Below, piece after piece: positions 1 to 852 of a stretch of DNA of 852 nt (position 1 is the first letter of the stretch; each line of letters begins with the position of its first letter). The translations under genes were made by a program, and so were the position numbers. Under the pieces are notes generated by a model. It was given only the letters and a program-made list of their open reading frames with translations, was not told where the DNA came from and did not search any database. Source of the stretch: Escherichia coli (GTDB lineage Bacteria > Pseudomonadota > Gammaproteobacteria > Enterobacterales > Enterobacteriaceae); assembly GCF_003334335.1 (NCBI RefSeq), contig NZ_QOWQ01000144.1; one strand, written 5' to 3'.

Positions 1-64
1 GCGTCACGAAATGTCACGACATGTCACGGCGTGTCACTACGTGGTCACATTGATGTCACGACGG
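1..64 (+). repeat. Iteron array A: 6 direct copies of core GTCAC(GAC) at 10-11 bp spacing; may continue upstream of the window
   Basis: GTCAC occurs at 3-7, 13-17, 23-27, 33-37, 44-48 and 55-59, with spacings 10, 10, 10, 11, 11. Extended copies are gtcacgaa, gtcacgac, gtcacggc, gtcactac, gtcacatt, gtcacgac, all in the same orientation. Confidence 0.75.
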
Positions 65-852
65 AAGATTTAGCAAGTGCGCTTGATGTGACGGAAGACG
101 TAATTGATTCAATTTTGCATGCAATGCAGGGGCGGGTTCTGGATGGTGACCTTATTTCCGGATGGGAAAAACGTCAGGTGCTGAAAGAGGACAATGGTAA
201 CGTTTCGCAAACGGCAAAATCCCCGGCAGAGCGCAAGAGAGCGCAGCGGGAGCGCGAAAAGCTGCGGAAATATGATGCTGATTGTCACGATGAGTCACGA
301 CGTGTCACGCATCTGTCACGACAAGTCACGACAGATAAAGATACAGATACAGAATTAAACCCCACACATAACGCGCGCATGCGCGAGAGTGCTCCAACCG
401 GTGAGTCGCATGGTGCGCCGTTGCAGACAGCCGAACCTGAATACCTGGACGGCCTGAGCGAACCGATCGGGAAATTTTCGATGACTACTGTCTGGCAGCC
501 GTCGTCGGATTTTCGACAACGGGCAGCAGTGTGGGGTATGGCTCTGCCTGAGCCGGAATTTACACCTGCTGAGCTTGCCGCATTCCGGGATTACTGGATG
601 GCGGAGGGGAAGGTTTTCACACAGGTTCAGTGGGAGCAGAAATTTGCCCGCCACGTGCAGCACGTCAGGACACAGGTAAAACCAGTCAGCAAGGGGGTAA
701 GCCATGCAGCATCAGGTGGCACGGCATCACGGGCAGTTCAGGAAATCCGGGCAGCACGCGAACAGTGGGAACGAGACAACGGATTTATCAGCAACGGAAA
801 TGGCCTGGAAGCTGTGGGAGCTTATGGGGGAGGTGTATTCGAACCGCTGGAC
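1..852 (+). CDS. Replication initiator / replisome-organizer protein with DnaT-like C-terminal domain; internal fragment, 5' and 3' ends both outside the window
   Basis: Frame 1 (codons at 1, 4, 7...) has no stop across all 852 nt, while frames 2 and 3 carry stops in the first 110 nt (e.g. TGA 51-53, TAG 71-73, TGA 84-86, TAA 101-103). Residues encoded by about nt 466-672 (GKFSMTTVWQPSSDFRQRAAVWGMALPEPEFTPAELAAFRDYWMAEGKVFTQVQWEQKFARHVQHVR) share the motif string W-Q-P-x-x-D-F ... A-x-W-G-x-A-L ... E-L-A-x-F-x-x-Y-W-x-A-E-G-K-V-F-x-x-V-Q-W-x-Q-K-x-A-R that I recall from the C-terminal domain of E. coli DnaT. The N-terminal two-thirds does not resemble chromosomal DnaT and contains the iteron arrays, as expected for an initiator whose origin lies inside its own gene. 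Homology is from memory, not a search. Confidence 0.8.
281..333 (+). repeat. Iteron array B: 5 direct copies of core GTCACGAC at 10-11 bp spacing
   Basis: GTCAC occurs at 284-288, 294-298, 304-308, 315-319 and 325-329, with spacings 10, 10, 11, 10. Extended copies are gtcacgat, gtcacgac, gtcacgca, gtcacgac, gtcacgac, in the same orientation as array A. Confidence 0.75.
333..360. other. AT-rich tract with AGATA(C/A) x3 tandem; candidate DNA-unwinding element
   Basis: agataaagatacagatacagaattaaac has 21 of 28 A/T, in a window that is otherwise GC-balanced. AGATA starts at 333, 339 and 345. It lies immediately 3' of iteron array B. Confidence 0.4.
374..385. repeat. Perfect 12-bp palindrome CGCGCATGCGCG
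   Basis: cgcgca|tgcgcg is its own reverse complement. It is an alternating GC-rich run about 14 bp downstream of the AT-rich tract. The function is unknown; it also encodes part of the linker (A-R-M-R-E). Confidence 0.6.

Larger units (their letters stand above)
1..390. promoter_or_regulatory. Putative origin of replication embedded in the initiator gene (iteron arrays A and B, AT-rich tract, GC palindrome)
   Basis: Two iteron arrays are followed directly by a 75 percent AT tract (333-360) and a perfect palindrome (374-385). This is the same element order as ori-lambda inside gene O (iterons, then AT-rich region, then palindrome). Functional assignment is by analogy only. Confidence 0.5.

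Noticed and set aside
124-126. ATG at 124 as the gene start, with array A as an upstream intergenic origin
   Set aside because: There is no Shine-Dalgarno-like sequence in the preceding 15 nt. Frame 1 is open through 1-123 while the other two frames have several stops. This cannot be excluded without upstream sequence.
1-333. CRISPR array
   Set aside because: The repeat unit is only about 8-10 bp with 10-11 bp period and no unique spacers of 25 bp or more between copies. The repeats lie inside an open reading frame. This is iteron-like, not CRISPR-like.
361-372. DnaA box or IHF site near the AT-rich tract
   Set aside because: No match to TTATNCACA or its complement: cccacacat and tgtggggta each miss several consensus positions. 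No convincing WATCAANNNNTTR.
355-705. The - strand ORF of 116 aa from the supplied track
   Set aside because: It is antisense to the segment encoding the DnaT-like domain. Its translation is rich in C, R, H and P with no recognisable motif. Its ATG is the reverse complement of the CAT codon at 703-705 in frame 1. It is most likely a shadow ORF of the + strand gene.
1-852. The chromosomal dnaT gene itself
   Set aside because: Only the C-terminal domain resembles DnaT as I recall it. The N-terminal region differs and carries iterons, and the frame continues well beyond where chromosomal DnaT would terminate. A mobile-element paralogue or fusion is more likely. Not verified by search.

Overview
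The whole window is one open reading frame on the + strand (frame 1, no stop codon in 284 codons, both ends outside the window), which the ORF track missed because it spans both edges. I read it as an internal fragment of a phage/prophage- or plasmid-type replication initiator (replisome organizer). Its C-terminal part (about nt 466-672) resembles, from memory, the C-terminal domain of E. coli primosomal protein DnaT. Two arrays of direct repeats with core GTCACGAC (6 copies at 1-64, 5 copies at 281-333) lie inside the coding sequence, spaced one per helical turn (10-11 bp). Array B is followed by an AT-rich tract (333-360) and a perfect 12-bp GC palindrome (374-385). This layout matches an origin of replication embedded in its own initiator gene, as in lambda O/ori-lambda, but with a different iteron geometry and a DnaT-like domain. 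The only ORF in the track (355..705, - strand) is antisense to the conserved domain and I judge it spurious. Nothing here could be checked against a database; all homology statements are recall and need confirmation.
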